Of a DNA stretch of 64,000 nt, positions 28,102 through 38,204 are shown in pieces. The notes below the pieces were generated by a model. It had not been told where the DNA came from. It worked only from the letters and a program-made list of their open reading frames with translations, and did no database searches. Source of the DNA: Verrucomicrobiota bacterium (GTDB lineage Bacteria > Verrucomicrobiota > Verrucomicrobiia > Limisphaerales > Palsa-1400); contig JBEKYR010000008.1 of assembly GCA_049510745.1 (NCBI GenBank), positions 1-64,000 on the forward strand, read 5' to 3'. The position numbers and the translations under genes were made by a program. Each line of letters opens with the position of its first letter. Position 1 is the stretch's first letter.

Positions 28102-29490
28102 ATGTTCACATCCATCCTCAACACCTTAAGCAACTGCTTCAAGATTCCGGAGCTGAAATCGCGCATTCTCTTTACAATGCTGGTGCTGGGGATTTGCCGG
28201 GTAGCGTCGCTGGTGCCGACGCCGGGACTGGACAGCCATCTGTTGACGGCGTATTTCGAGCAGGGGGCCGGAAAAAATACGGGCAACGGTCTGCTGGGCA
28301 TGTACAGCCTGTTCACCGGGGGCGGCTTTGAACGGTGCGCGGTGGGCGCGCTGGGCATCATGCCCTATATCAGCGCCACGATTATCCTTCAGCTTTTGCA
28401 GGCGGTCATCCCGTGGCTGAGCAAATTGGCGCGCGAAGAAGGGGGCCGCAGCAAGCTCATTCAGTACGGGCGTGTGCTGACCTTGTTTCTGTGCCTGGGC
28501 CAGGGATTCGTCATGGCCATCGGGTGGGAACGGGCGGGGGACGTGTTCCCGAACTTCGCCGGCAACCTGGTGCTTCTCAGGGACCATATCTGGTGGTACC
28601 GCATCCAGACGTCCATCATTCTCACCACCGGCACGATGTTGCTGATGTGGCTGGGCGAGCAGATCACCGACCGCGGCATCGGCAATGGCATTTCCCTCAT
28701 CATTACCATCGGCATTGTGGCCCGTTTGCCGGCGGCGGGCCAGGGGTTGATCGATATGTTCCGCGCCCAGGGAGCGGCGACCAGCACCGGTCACAACCCG
28801 TTCATATTCATCGCGCTCATCCTGATGCTCTGCGCGGTCGTCGCGGGAGTGGTGGCGGTCACGCAGGCCGAGCGGAAGATTCCCGTCCAGTACGCCCAGC
28901 GGGTGGTGGGGCGCAAAATGTATTCCGGCGGCAGTTCGTTCATGCCGTTGCGGGTCAATTATTCGGGGGTGATGCCCGTGATCTTCGCCTCCGCGATCCT
29001 CATGTTTCCGGCCATGATCCTGAATTTTCTCGGCAGCCGTTTTGGCATCAAGGCCTTCATCGAACTGGCCACCATCCTGCAACGAGGCTCGACGGTCTAT
29101 CTGACCTTCTACGGCCTGATGATCCTGTTCTTCTCCTATTTCTGGGTCGCCACCCAATTCAACGAGCTGCAAATTGCCGATGACATGAAAAAGTCCGGCG
29201 GCTACATCCCCGGCGTGCGGCCGGGCCAGGCGACCAGCAATTTTCTCCACCGCACCATGAGCCGCATCACCCTGGCCGGCGCCATCTTTTTGACCGTGAT
29301 CGCCATTATTCCGATTGTTTTGGGCAACACGATGAGGATTCCGCAGACAGTGGCGCAGTTCTTCGGCGGCACCAGTTTGCTGATTATTGTCGGTGTCATG
29401 CTCGACACCATGCGGCAGATGGAGTCGCACCTGCTGATGCGCCACTACGACGGGTTCTTGAAGAAAGGGCGCCTCAAGGGGCGGTTCTAG
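28102..29490 (+). CDS. secY: Preprotein translocase subunit SecY
   Basis: ALGIMPYISA, WLGEQITDRGIGNGIS, IPGVRPG, GGTSLLI. Confidence 0.98.
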   Translation: MFTSILNTLSNCFKIPELKSRILFTMLVLGICRVASLVPTPGLDSHLLTAYFEQGAGKNTGNGLLGMYSLFTGGGFERCAVGALGIMPYISATIILQLLQAVIPWLSKLAREEGGRSKLIQYGRVLTLFLCLGQGFVMAIGWERAGDVFPNFAGNLVLLRDHIWWYRIQTSIILTTGTMLLMWLGEQITDRGIGNGISLIITIGIVARLPAAGQGLIDMFRAQGAATSTGHNPFIFIALILMLCAVVAGVVAVTQAERKIPVQYAQRVVGRKMYSGGSSFMPLRVNYSGVMPVIFASAILMFPAMILNFLGSRFGIKAFIELATILQRGSTVYLTFYGLMILFFSYFWVATQFNELQIADDMKKSGGYIPGVRPGQATSNFLHRTMSRITLAGAIFLTVIAIIPIVLGNTMRIPQTVAQFFGGTSLLIIVGVMLDTMRQMESHLLMRHYDGFLKKGRLKGRF

Positions 29491-29532
29491 GCGGGTTCCG
29501 GTGTCCTGGAGCACCATCGCGTGGCGGCAAAA

Positions 29533-30312
29533 ATGATCATTTTGAAGACAGAGCGTGACCTGGAAACAATGCGCCCGGCTTGCGAGGTGGCCAGCACGGT
29601 GCTCGAAGAGGTCGGCGCGTTTATCCAGCCGGGCGTGACCACGCGCGAGGTGGATGATTTTGCGGCGGCGCGGATGAAGTATTACGACGCCAAAAGCGCG
29701 TTTTTTGGTTATCGCAAGTTTCCGCGCCAGATTTGCATTTCGGTCAACGAGGAAGTGGTGCATGGGCTGGCCGGGCCGCGCCGGCTGGAATTCGGCGATA
29801 TTGTCAGCCTGGACATTGGGGTGTCCTATCGCGGTTACATCGGCGACACGGCCAAAACGGTCGCCGTCGGGGGCTGCGACGTGCGCGCGCAGCGGTTGAT
29901 GGATGTGACCGAACAGGCTTTGTACGAAGGGATTGCCCAGGCGCTGCCGGGCCACCGGGTGGTGGACATTTCGCGCGCCGTGCAGGACTATGTCCAGGCC
30001 AACGGCTTCAGCATCGTGCGGGAGTTTGTCGGCCACGGCGTCGGCCGCACCGTGCATGAAGAGCCGCAGGTGCCAAATTTCGTTGAAAAAAACGTGGCAT
30101 CGCCTAAATTAAGGCCTGGCATGACCCTGGCGATCGAGCCGATGGTCAATGCCGGCTCACCCCAGGTCGTCGTTTTGAGCGACGGCTGGACAGTGGTGAC
30201 AAAAGATGGTCAACTATCCGCTCATTTTGAGCATACGGTTTTGGTGACGGAAACGGAACCGGAAATTTTAACGTGGCCCGCAAAGATGCCATCGAGGTTG
30301 AGGGCAGGATAG
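29533..30312 (+). CDS. map: Methionine aminopeptidase type I
   Basis: CISVNEEVVHG, GHGVGRTVHEEP, AIEPMVN, SAHFEHT. Confidence 0.97.
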   Translation: MIILKTERDLETMRPACEVASTVLEEVGAFIQPGVTTREVDDFAAARMKYYDAKSAFFGYRKFPRQICISVNEEVVHGLAGPRRLEFGDIVSLDIGVSYRGYIGDTAKTVAVGGCDVRAQRLMDVTEQALYEGIAQALPGHRVVDISRAVQDYVQANGFSIVREFVGHGVGRTVHEEPQVPNFVEKNVASPKLRPGMTLAIEPMVNAGSPQVVVLSDGWTVVTKDGQLSAHFEHTVLVTETEPEILTWPAKMPSRLRAG

Positions 30313-30491
30313 TGGAAATCCTGGCGGCCACATTATTTCGCGTGCAGTTGTCCAACGGGCATCGGCTGCTGGCCCATGTGTCGGGCAAGCGGCGCCTGGC
30401 CTTTGAACGGATGACCGTCGGAGACAGCGTCACGGTGCGGATGTCGCCTTACGATTTGTCCCATGGCCGGATTACGGCCGGCGGCGAATAA
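30273..30491 (+). CDS. infA: Translation initiation factor IF-1, divergent
   Basis: DAIEVEG, FRVQLSNGHRLLAHVSGK, SPYDLSHGRI; canonical position; GTG start overlapping map by 40 nt. Confidence 0.85.
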   Translation: MARKDAIEVEGRIVEILAATLFRVQLSNGHRLLAHVSGKRRLAFERMTVGDSVTVRMSPYDLSHGRITAGGE

Positions 30492-30502
30492 TTTATTGAT
30501 TT

Positions 30503-30616
30503 ATGAAAGTTCGAGCATCAGTCAAAAAACTTTGCGAAAACTGCAAAGTGGTTAAACGCAAAGGCGTCGTTCGTGTCATTTGCACGAACCCGCGCCACAA
30601 ACAAAAACAAGGCTAA
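30503..30616 (+). CDS. rpmJ: 50S ribosomal protein L36 (below the ORF track size cutoff)
   Basis: [37 protein letters not shown]. Confidence 0.98.
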   Translation: MKVRASVKKLCENCKVVKRKGVVRVICTNPRHKQKQG

Positions 30617-30625
30617 TTTAAACTT

Positions 30626-31021
30626 ATGGCACGTCTAGTTGGTGTTGAAGTACCCGGTGAAAAGCGCATCGGTATCGCGTTGCGCTACATCTTCGGCATT
30701 GGCCCGTCCAATGCGACCGTCATCCTTTCCAAGGCGCAGATCGACCCCGGCATCCGCGCCAAGGACCTCAATGAACAGCAATTGTCCCAGATTGTCCATG
30801 CCATCCAGGACGGCAAATATGTCATTGAAGGCGACCTCCGGCGCGAGTTGGGCATGAATCTCAAGCGCCTCCAAGGCATCAAATGCTACCGCGGCATCCG
30901 CCACCTGCGCGGTTTGCCCGTCCGCGGCCAGCGCACCTCCACCAATGCCCGCACCCGCAAAGGACCCCGCAAGACCGTCGGCGTGCAGCGCAATCCCAAC
31001 GCCAAGACCGGCATCCACTGA
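30626..31021 (+). CDS. rpsM: 30S ribosomal protein S13
   Basis: [26 protein letters not shown]. Confidence 0.98.
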   Translation: MARLVGVEVPGEKRIGIALRYIFGIGPSNATVILSKAQIDPGIRAKDLNEQQLSQIVHAIQDGKYVIEGDLRRELGMNLKRLQGIKCYRGIRHLRGLPVRGQRTSTNARTRKGPRKTVGVQRNPNAKTGIH

Positions 31022-31029
31022 TTTGAACT

Positions 31030-31680
31030 ATGGCTGACGACACCAAGACCAAAAAACCCGCCCACGAAAAAAAGGCCAAACCCGAAGCCGCCCCGGCCGG
31101 AGCCGACGACGCGGCCAAACACGCCAAAAAACCGTCCGCCGCCGCGCCCGAAGGGGCCGCTGACGCCGCCAAGAAACCCGCCCCTGCCGCTGCCGGGGCC
31201 GCCGGAGCCGCGCCTGCCGCCACCGCGCCCGCCGCGCCCGCCGCGCCCGTGGCCGGGACCGCGCCCACCGCCGCGGAATTGCTGGGGGATGACGCCGCGT
31301 CGCGCAAGATCATCAAGGCCAAAGGCGCCAAGAACATCGCCGTGGGCATCGCCAACATATTGGCCACTTTCAACAACACCAACGTCACCATCACCGACAT
31401 GCACGGGAACGTCCTCGGCTGGTCCAGCGCCGGGCGGGTCGGGTTCAAAGGATCGCGCAAAAGCACGGCTTTCGCCGCCCAGCAAGTCGCCCAGGACGCC
31501 GCCCGCCAGGCCATGTCCCACGGCATGCGCGAGGTGGAAATCCGCGTCAAGGGACCCGGCTCGGGCCGGGAGTCCGCCATCCGCGCTTTGCAGGCCATCG
31601 GCCTGGAAATCACGGCCATCAAGGATGTCACACCCGTGCCGCACAACGGCTGCCGTCCGCGCAAAAAGCGCCGCGTCTAA
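31030..31680 (+). CDS. rpsK: 30S ribosomal protein S11 with ~90-aa Ala/Pro/Lys-rich N-terminal extension
   Basis: [40 protein letters not shown]. Confidence 0.97.
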   Translation: MADDTKTKKPAHEKKAKPEAAPAGADDAAKHAKKPSAAAPEGAADAAKKPAPAAAGAAGAAPAATAPAAPAAPVAGTAPTAAELLGDDAASRKIIKAKGAKNIAVGIANILATFNNTNVTITDMHGNVLGWSSAGRVGFKGSRKSTAFAAQQVAQDAARQAMSHGMREVEIRVKGPGSGRESAIRALQAIGLEITAIKDVTPVPHNGCRPRKKRRV

Positions 31681-31699
31681 CCGAAAGGAATTTACCGCC

Positions 31700-32308
31700 A
31701 TGGCTCGCTATACTGGCCCCCGCACCCGCCTCAGCCGCCGCTTCGGCATCCCGCTGTTCGGCCCCGACAAATATCTGGAACGCCGCAACTACGGTCCGGG
31801 CGTTCACGGCCCCAAGTCCCGCCGCAAGCACACCGACTACGGCCTGGCGCTGATCGAAAAGCAAAAACTGCGCTACTTTTACGGGCTGATGGAGCGCCAA
31901 TTCCGGGGCGTCTATGAGCGCGCGCTCAAACGCCGCGGCGTCACCGGCGAACAAATGCTCCAAATCCTGGAGACCCGCCTGGACAACGTGGTCTATCACC
32001 TCGGGTTCGGCACCACTCGCGCCGCCGCCCGGCAAATGGTCAATCACGGCCACGTCAAGGTCAATGGGCGCAAGGTCAACATCCCCTCCTATGGCCTGAA
32101 GGTCAACGACGTGGTCGAAGTGCGCGACACCAATGTCTCCCGGCAGTTGGCCACCAAGAATCTGGAAATGTCCACCAGCAAGGTCGTCCCGGATTGGCTG
32201 CTGCTCAACAAGGACGCCTTTAAAGGCACCGTCATGCGCATCCCGACCCGCGATGAAATCCAGCCCATCGCCAATGAACAGGCCGTGGTAGAATTTTATT
32301 CCCGCTAA
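31700..32308 (+). CDS. rpsD: 30S ribosomal protein S4
   Basis: MARYTGP, EKQKLR, LETRLDNVVY, VVEFYSR. Confidence 0.98.
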   Translation: MARYTGPRTRLSRRFGIPLFGPDKYLERRNYGPGVHGPKSRRKHTDYGLALIEKQKLRYFYGLMERQFRGVYERALKRRGVTGEQMLQILETRLDNVVYHLGFGTTRAAARQMVNHGHVKVNGRKVNIPSYGLKVNDVVEVRDTNVSRQLATKNLEMSTSKVVPDWLLLNKDAFKGTVMRIPTRDEIQPIANEQAVVEFYSR

Positions 32309-32421
32309 CCCAATGAACAGCGTCCCGCCCCGCGGGACAAAACAATTACAGGGGCCTCTCCGGCCGCGGGAATAAATCCCCGGGGAGGCCAGATTAAAAT
32401 TGTTGAAAGGAACTGAAGTCT

Positions 32422-33435
32422 ATGCCAATGCGTCTCGGACGTTTTGAAATGCCCAAGCGGCTGTCCAAAGAGGACACCACCGCCACCGAAACCTACGCCA
32501 AGTTCACGGCCGAACCGTTTGAAACCGGTTACGGCCACACGATCGGCAACTCCCTCCGCCGCGTCCTCCTCTCCTCCCTGGAAGGCGCCGCCATCACCTC
32601 CATCAAAGTCGATGGCGCCATGCACGAATTCACCAGCATCGACGGCGTCGCCGAGGACGTGACCGACATCGTCCTGAACCTCAAGAAAATCCTCTTCCTC
32701 GCCCATTCGCGCGACCCGCAGACCTTGCTCCTGTCTGTCAACAAGGAGGGACCCGTCGTCGCCGGCGACATTCAATTGGTTCAGAACCTGGAAATCGTCA
32801 ACCCCAAGCAGCATATCTGCACCCTGGACAAAAAGAAAAAGTTCGAGATGGAACTCGAAGTCAAGGTCGGCCGCGGCTTCTGCCCCGGCGATGAAAACAA
32901 AAAACCCGACCAGGCCATCGGGGTCATCGCCATCGACTCCCTCTTTTCGCCCGTGACCCGCGTGCGCTACGCGGTGGAAAACGCCCGCGTCGGCCAGCGC
33001 ACCGATTACGACCGGCTCCTGCTGGAAATCTGGACCGACGGGCGCATCTCGCCGGATGACGCGCTGACCCAGGCCTCCGCCATTCTCCAGCATCACCTGG
33101 ACGTGTTCGTCGGCTACGACAAGAACGCGGTGGAATTCGAGGAGACGGAGGCCAAGCAGGACGACGAAAAGGCCAAGATGAAGAAGCTGCTCAACATGAG
33201 CGTCAACGAAATCGAGTTGAGCGTGCGCGCCGCCAACTGCCTCAACAACGCCAACATCACCACCGTCGGGCAGTTGGCGATGAAGACGGAGGCGGAGATG
33301 CTCAAGTACCGCAATTTCGGCAAGAAATCCCTCAACGAAATCAAGGAGAAACTGGCCAGCCTGGGCCTTTCCCTGGGCATGAACCTCGATCCGACCCTGT
33401 TGGACACGCCCAAGGAAGAGAACAAAGTCGAATAA
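32422..33435 (+). CDS. rpoA: RNA polymerase subunit alpha
   Basis: GYGHTIGNSLRRVLLSS, ELSVRAANCL, RNFGKKSL. Confidence 0.98.
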   Translation: MPMRLGRFEMPKRLSKEDTTATETYAKFTAEPFETGYGHTIGNSLRRVLLSSLEGAAITSIKVDGAMHEFTSIDGVAEDVTDIVLNLKKILFLAHSRDPQTLLLSVNKEGPVVAGDIQLVQNLEIVNPKQHICTLDKKKKFEMELEVKVGRGFCPGDENKKPDQAIGVIAIDSLFSPVTRVRYAVENARVGQRTDYDRLLLEIWTDGRISPDDALTQASAILQHHLDVFVGYDKNAVEFEETEAKQDDEKAKMKKLLNMSVNEIELSVRAANCLNNANITTVGQLAMKTEAEMLKYRNFGKKSLNEIKEKLASLGLSLGMNLDPTLLDTPKEENKVE

Positions 33436-33445
33436 CCGGACTCCT

Positions 33446-33916
33446 ATGCGCCATCTCAAACGCACCGCCAAACTGGGCCGCACCGGCCAGCACCGCAACC
33501 GCATGCTGGCCAGCCTGGTTTGCAGCCTGATCAAACACCGCCGCGTCAAGACCACTTTGGCCAAGGCCAAGGCCGCCCGCTCCGTCGCGGAAAAAATCAT
33601 GACCCTGGGCAAGGGCGGCACCCTGCACAAACGCCGCCTGGCCTCCGCCCGCCTGCACCAGGACGAGGACGCCGTCAAAATCCTTTTCAACGAAATCGCG
33701 CCGACCCAAAAGGAGCGTCGCGGCGGCTACACCCGCATCGTCCGCCTGGGCCAGCGCCAAGGCGACGCCGCCGAGCTGGCCATCCTCGAATTTGTCGATG
33801 TGCCGGTGCCCCAAGCCCCTGCCGAACCCGCCAAAGCGGGCGAGAGCGAGGCCAAGACAACGGAGGCGCCGGCGGAAAAGAAGGAAGAACAGAAAGAGGC
33901 CGCCGCTCCGGCTTGA
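33446..33916 (+). CDS. rplQ: 50S ribosomal protein L17
   Basis: MRHLK...KLGRT, TTLAKAK, GGYTRI, GDAAE. Confidence 0.98.
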   Translation: MRHLKRTAKLGRTGQHRNRMLASLVCSLIKHRRVKTTLAKAKAARSVAEKIMTLGKGGTLHKRRLASARLHQDEDAVKILFNEIAPTQKERRGGYTRIVRLGQRQGDAAELAILEFVDVPVPQAPAEPAKAGESEAKTTEAPAEKKEEQKEAAAPA

Positions 33917-33947
33917 TTTTCGTCCGGATTGGCGAGAATCTTCCGCC

Positions 33948-34418
33948 ATGCGCCGGCTTTTTATCCTGGCTCTTCTGACGCTCGCGCCCGTCGTCCACGC
34001 GGGCGAGGGGAAAGTTGTCAAAGTCTTGCCCCAGTTCCTGGACAAAAAGGGCGAGCACGCCCTCTCGCCCAGCCTCTACGAACGGGACGCCTATCAATTG
34101 TATCTGCGCACTCATCCCGCGCAACGCGCCGGCTTGCGCCTGGCCGTGCAGTGGAAGGCCAAAGGGGTGGATTGGACGCAGCTCAAATTGCGCGCCGAAC
34201 TGCGCGGTTTGACAGGCAACTCCCTCCACACCATCACCCTGGAGGAACCCGTCAAAAAAAACGGCCGCTTCAGCAGTTGGTCCGAGGTGAGAATCGAGGG
34301 CGCCGATTTTATCAACTTTGGCCAGTTGGCGGCCTGGCGCGTGACTCTTTGGGAGGGCGCCCGCCAATTGGGCCAACAGCAATCCTTCCTCTGGTCGGGA
34401 GTCGCCCCCGCCCGGTGA
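33948..34418 (+). CDS. Exported hypothetical protein
   Basis: Signal peptide [32 protein letters not shown]; ends QSFLW. Confidence 0.75.
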   Translation: MRRLFILALLTLAPVVHAGEGKVVKVLPQFLDKKGEHALSPSLYERDAYQLYLRTHPAQRAGLRLAVQWKAKGVDWTQLKLRAELRGLTGNSLHTITLEEPVKKNGRFSSWSEVRIEGADFINFGQLAAWRVTLWEGARQLGQQQSFLWSGVAPAR

Positions 34419-34476
34419 CGCGGGATTGACGGCTTGCGCAACCTTTACAATTGCGCCACATTTAACTCCAGTTGCC

Positions 34477-36486
34477 ATGGCTACCACGATAACCGCCGCC
34501 ACCAATATAACGTCCATGCTCCGCGAAGACCGGGTGTTTCCACCCGCCAAGGCCTTCGCCCAGCGCGCTCACGTCAAATCGCTCGACCAATACCGCAAAA
34601 TTTACCGCGAATCGGTCCGCCAGCCGGAAAAATTCTGGGGCCGCCAGGCCAAGGACGAGTTGGTCTGGTTCAAGCCGTGGAAAAAGGTCCTGCACTGGAA
34701 GCTGCCCAACGCCCAATGGTTTGTCGGCGGGCGGTTGAACGTGAGTTTCAATTGCCTGGACCGCCACCTGGGCACCGCGACGGCCAACAAAGCCGCGCTC
34801 ATCTGGGAAGGCGAACCGGCCGGGCCGGGCATCCCGGGGGAAGAGCGCACCTACACCTACAAACAACTTCATCACGAGGTTTGCCTCTTCGCCAACGTCC
34901 TCAAGCGCCACGGCATAAAAAAGGGCGACCGTGTCATCATTTATTTGCCCATGGTCCCGGAAGCCGCCATCGCCATGCTCGCCTGCGCCCGCGTGGGCGC
35001 GATCCATTCCGTCGTCTTCGGCGGCTTCAGCGCCCAGTCCGTGGCCGACCGCATTTTTGATTGCCAGGCCAAACTGGTCATCACCGCCGACGGCGGCTTC
35101 CGGCGCGGCGCGGTGGTGCCGTTGAAGAAAAGCGTGGACGAGGCCTTGACGCTCAAGGACGCCGCCGGCCGCCTGCTGGCCGGGTCGGTGGAAAAGGTCA
35201 TCGTCCTGCGCCGGACCAACCAGGAGATTCAAATCCAGGAAGGGCGCGACCTTTGGTGGCACCGGGAGCTGCAGCATGTCAACGCCGATTGCCCGGCCGA
35301 AAAACTGGAGAGCGAGACGCCGCTTTTTATACTTTACACCAGCGGCTCGACCGGCAAGCCCAAGGGCATCCTCCACACCACCGCCGGTTACCTGCTCCAG
35401 GCCAAGCTGACGGCCAAATACGTCTTCGACCTCCGGCCCGATGATGTCTATTGGTGTACCGCGGACATCGGCTGGGTGACGGGCCACAGTTATGTCGTCT
35501 ATGGCCCGCTGGCCAACGGCGCGACCAGTTTCATGTTCGAAGGCGCTCCCAATTACCCGGAGCCGGACCGGTTCTGGCGGATTGTGGCCAAGTACGGCGT
35601 GACGATCTTTTACACCGCGCCGACCGCCATCCGCGCGTTTATGAAATGGGGCAGGGAATGGCCGGCCAAACACGACCTCAGTTCCCTGCGCCTGTTGGGC
35701 ACGGTGGGCGAGCCGATCAACCCGGAGGCCTGGATGTGGTATCGGGAGGTCATCGGACACAACCGCTGCCCGATTGTCGATACCTGGTGGCAGACCGAAA
35801 CGGGCGGCATTATGATTACTCCCCTGCCCGGCGCGACCCCCACCAAACCCGGCACCGCCACGCTCCCGTTTTTCGGCATCGTGCCCGAAGTGGTCGATCA
35901 TCAGGGCCAGCCCGTCCCAAAAGGCGCCGGCGGCAAGCTGGTCATTCGCCAGCCCTGGCCCGGCATATTGCGGGGCGTCTGGGGCGACCCGCGACGGTTC
36001 GTCCAAACCTATTGGAGCGAAGTGGTGGGCAGCTATTTCACCGGCGACGGCGCCCGCCGGGACGAGGATGGCTATTTCTGGATCGTCGGGCGGATTGATG
36101 ATGTCCTCAACGTGGCCGGGCACCGCATCGGCACCGCCGAAGTGGAAAGCGCGCTGGTCAGCAACGCGAACGTGGCGGAAGCCGCCGTGGTGGGCCGGCC
36201 GGACGATATGAAAGGCCAGGCGCTGGTCGCGTTCGTCACGTTGAAAAGCGGCATTCTCGCCAGCCCCGCCATCCGGGAGGAATTGCGCGGGCACGTGGCG
36301 CGGGAAATCGGCCCGGTGGCCAAGCCGGATGACATTCGCTTTGCCGAGGCGCTGCCCAAGACCCGGTCCGGCAAAATCATGCGCCGCCTCCTCAAACAAA
36401 TTGCCGTCGGCGGCGACATCAAAGGGGATACCACCACGCTGGAAGATTTCGGCGTGCTGGCCAGGTTGGCCGCGGTGGAGGAATGA
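34477..36486 (+). CDS. acs: Acetyl-CoA synthetase
   Basis: [40 protein letters not shown]. Confidence 0.98.
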   Translation: MATTITAATNITSMLREDRVFPPAKAFAQRAHVKSLDQYRKIYRESVRQPEKFWGRQAKDELVWFKPWKKVLHWKLPNAQWFVGGRLNVSFNCLDRHLGTATANKAALIWEGEPAGPGIPGEERTYTYKQLHHEVCLFANVLKRHGIKKGDRVIIYLPMVPEAAIAMLACARVGAIHSVVFGGFSAQSVADRIFDCQAKLVITADGGFRRGAVVPLKKSVDEALTLKDAAGRLLAGSVEKVIVLRRTNQEIQIQEGRDLWWHRELQHVNADCPAEKLESETPLFILYTSGSTGKPKGILHTTAGYLLQAKLTAKYVFDLRPDDVYWCTADIGWVTGHSYVVYGPLANGATSFMFEGAPNYPEPDRFWRIVAKYGVTIFYTAPTAIRAFMKWGREWPAKHDLSSLRLLGTVGEPINPEAWMWYREVIGHNRCPIVDTWWQTETGGIMITPLPGATPTKPGTATLPFFGIVPEVVDHQGQPVPKGAGGKLVIRQPWPGILRGVWGDPRRFVQTYWSEVVGSYFTGDGARRDEDGYFWIVGRIDDVLNVAGHRIGTAEVESALVSNANVAEAAVVGRPDDMKGQALVAFVTLKSGILASPAIREELRGHVAREIGPVAKPDDIRFAEALPKTRSGKIMRRLLKQIAVGGDIKGDTTTLEDFGVLARLAAVEE

Positions 36487-36495
36487 GTTTATTCC

Positions 36496-37746
36496 ATGTC
36501 GCGCCTTGCCCGAAACCTCGTCCTGGCCCTTGCGGTTTCGGGAACCCTGACCATGCGAGCACAGAGTTCGACCAATTTGTCGGCCACCGATCTGGCCCGC
36601 TTGAAATCCGTCCGCCAGATTCTTCGCCAGGTCCCGCTCATCGACGGACACAACGATTTGCCCTGGGAATACCGCAAGCTGGCTCACGATCAACTCGACG
36701 CCATCGATCTGGCGGGTGACACGAGCAAAATGGGGTTGGTGACCGATTTGCCGCGCCTCAAAGCCGGCGGGCTGGGCGGCCAATTCTGGTCCGTTTATGT
36801 CCCGTCAACGCTGGACAACGCGGACGCTGTCGTTGCCACCCTCGAACAAATCGACCTGGTCCACCGCCTCATCGCCCGCTATCCCGAAAGCCTGGAGCTG
36901 GCCCTGACCGCCGACGACATTGTCCGCGTCCATCGGAAAGGGAAAATCGCGTCGCTCATCGGGATGGAAGGCGGGCATTCGATTGGCAATTCGCTGGCGG
37001 TGTTGCGGATGATGTACGCGCTGGGGGCCCGCTACATGACCCTGACCCATACCAGCACCATCGCCTGGGCCGATTCCGCCACGGACCGGCCGTTGCACCA
37101 CGGATTGACTTCTTTTGGCGAGGAGGTGGTTCGGGAAATGAACCGCCTGGGCATGCTCGTGGACCTGTCGCACGTTTCCGACGAGACGATGACCTGCGCC
37201 CTGAACGTCTCCAAGGCCCCGGTCATCTTCTCGCATTCCGCCACCCGCGCCTTGTGCCATCACGCGCGGGATGTGCCGGACGATATTTTGAAAAGGGTGG
37301 CGGCCAATGGCGGCCTGGTCATGGTCACGTTTGTCCCCGAGTACGTGACGGAAATCGACCGGCATGACGAAGAAGCGGTCACGGCCGAAAGAGAGCGGCT
37401 GGCCAGGCTTTATCCGGGCGACGAAAGCCGTGTCAAGGCGGGCGTGTCCGAATGGCGCAAGACCCATCCCGACCCGCGCCATGCCACGCTGCTGGACGTG
37501 GCCGATCACATCGACCACATCCGCGCCGCCGTCGGCATCGATTATGCCGGCATCGGGTCCGACTACGAGGGATTCAGAAACCCGCCGGCGGGATTGGAAG
37601 ACGTCTCGTGCTACCCGGCCCTGCTGGCTGAGCTTCTCAAACGCGGCTACGGCAAGAGCGAAGTGAAAAAGGTGGCGGGAGAAAACCTCCTGCGCGTGCT
37701 GCGCGCCGCCGAAACGACCGCCGCGCGATTGCAGGGCAAGGAGTAA
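36496..37746 (+). CDS. Membrane dipeptidase (M19), exported
   Basis: [33 protein letters not shown]. Confidence 0.95.
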   Translation: MSRLARNLVLALAVSGTLTMRAQSSTNLSATDLARLKSVRQILRQVPLIDGHNDLPWEYRKLAHDQLDAIDLAGDTSKMGLVTDLPRLKAGGLGGQFWSVYVPSTLDNADAVVATLEQIDLVHRLIARYPESLELALTADDIVRVHRKGKIASLIGMEGGHSIGNSLAVLRMMYALGARYMTLTHTSTIAWADSATDRPLHHGLTSFGEEVVREMNRLGMLVDLSHVSDETMTCALNVSKAPVIFSHSATRALCHHARDVPDDILKRVAANGGLVMVTFVPEYVTEIDRHDEEAVTAERERLARLYPGDESRVKAGVSEWRKTHPDPRHATLLDVADHIDHIRAAVGIDYAGIGSDYEGFRNPPAGLEDVSCYPALLAELLKRGYGKSEVKKVAGENLLRVLRAAETTAARLQGKE

Positions 37747-37991
37747 ACTTTTTGAAACTTTTGTGCAACTTTTTGCTTCCCAACGGTAATGGAATCCCTT
37801 ACACTCTTCGGAAAAGTGAGGAATATCACTTAACGATCTTAAGGATAACGAGACAATGCCAGCGCCAATTCATGAGCGGGGGTTTCAGGGAGCGGTCGTC
37901 ACGCGTGAGATTTCCGATGCTTGGGCTTGCCGTTTCTGCGCTGCGGTTGCAACGCAGGGTGATGAAAAAACTCCAACTGGATTTTTAGATT

Positions 37992-38204
37992 ATGCATATT
38001 CTGGCGTATGTTGACCCCGGAACGGGAGCGCTCATTTGGCAGTCCATTGTCGCCGCTTTCGTCGGCACGTTGTTCTACTTGAAGAGAACGCGCAAATGGA
38101 TTGGCGGGTTGTTCGGGAAAGTTTCCGGGCGCAGGCCTAAACCCGGTAATGGCGTGGCGGACGTGGGCGTCCCACAAAGCGCGGTTGAAGAGGATCGTCG
38201 GTAA
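37992..38204 (+). CDS. Small membrane protein with AYVDPGTG motif
   Basis: AYVDPGTGALIWQ followed by one TM helix and a basic tail; stop overlaps the next ATG. Confidence 0.75.
   Translation: MHILAYVDPGTGALIWQSIVAAFVGTLFYLKRTRKWIGGLFGKVSGRRPKPGNGVADVGVPQSAVEEDRR

Noticed and set aside
32353..32390. Hairpin between rpsD and rpoA as a regulatory RNA
   Set aside because: A single GC stem without a U-tract; nothing distinguishes it from an ordinary intercistronic stem.
34426..34451. TTGACG...TACAAT promoter for acs
   Set aside because: The spacer is only 14 nt, so the pairing is not supported.
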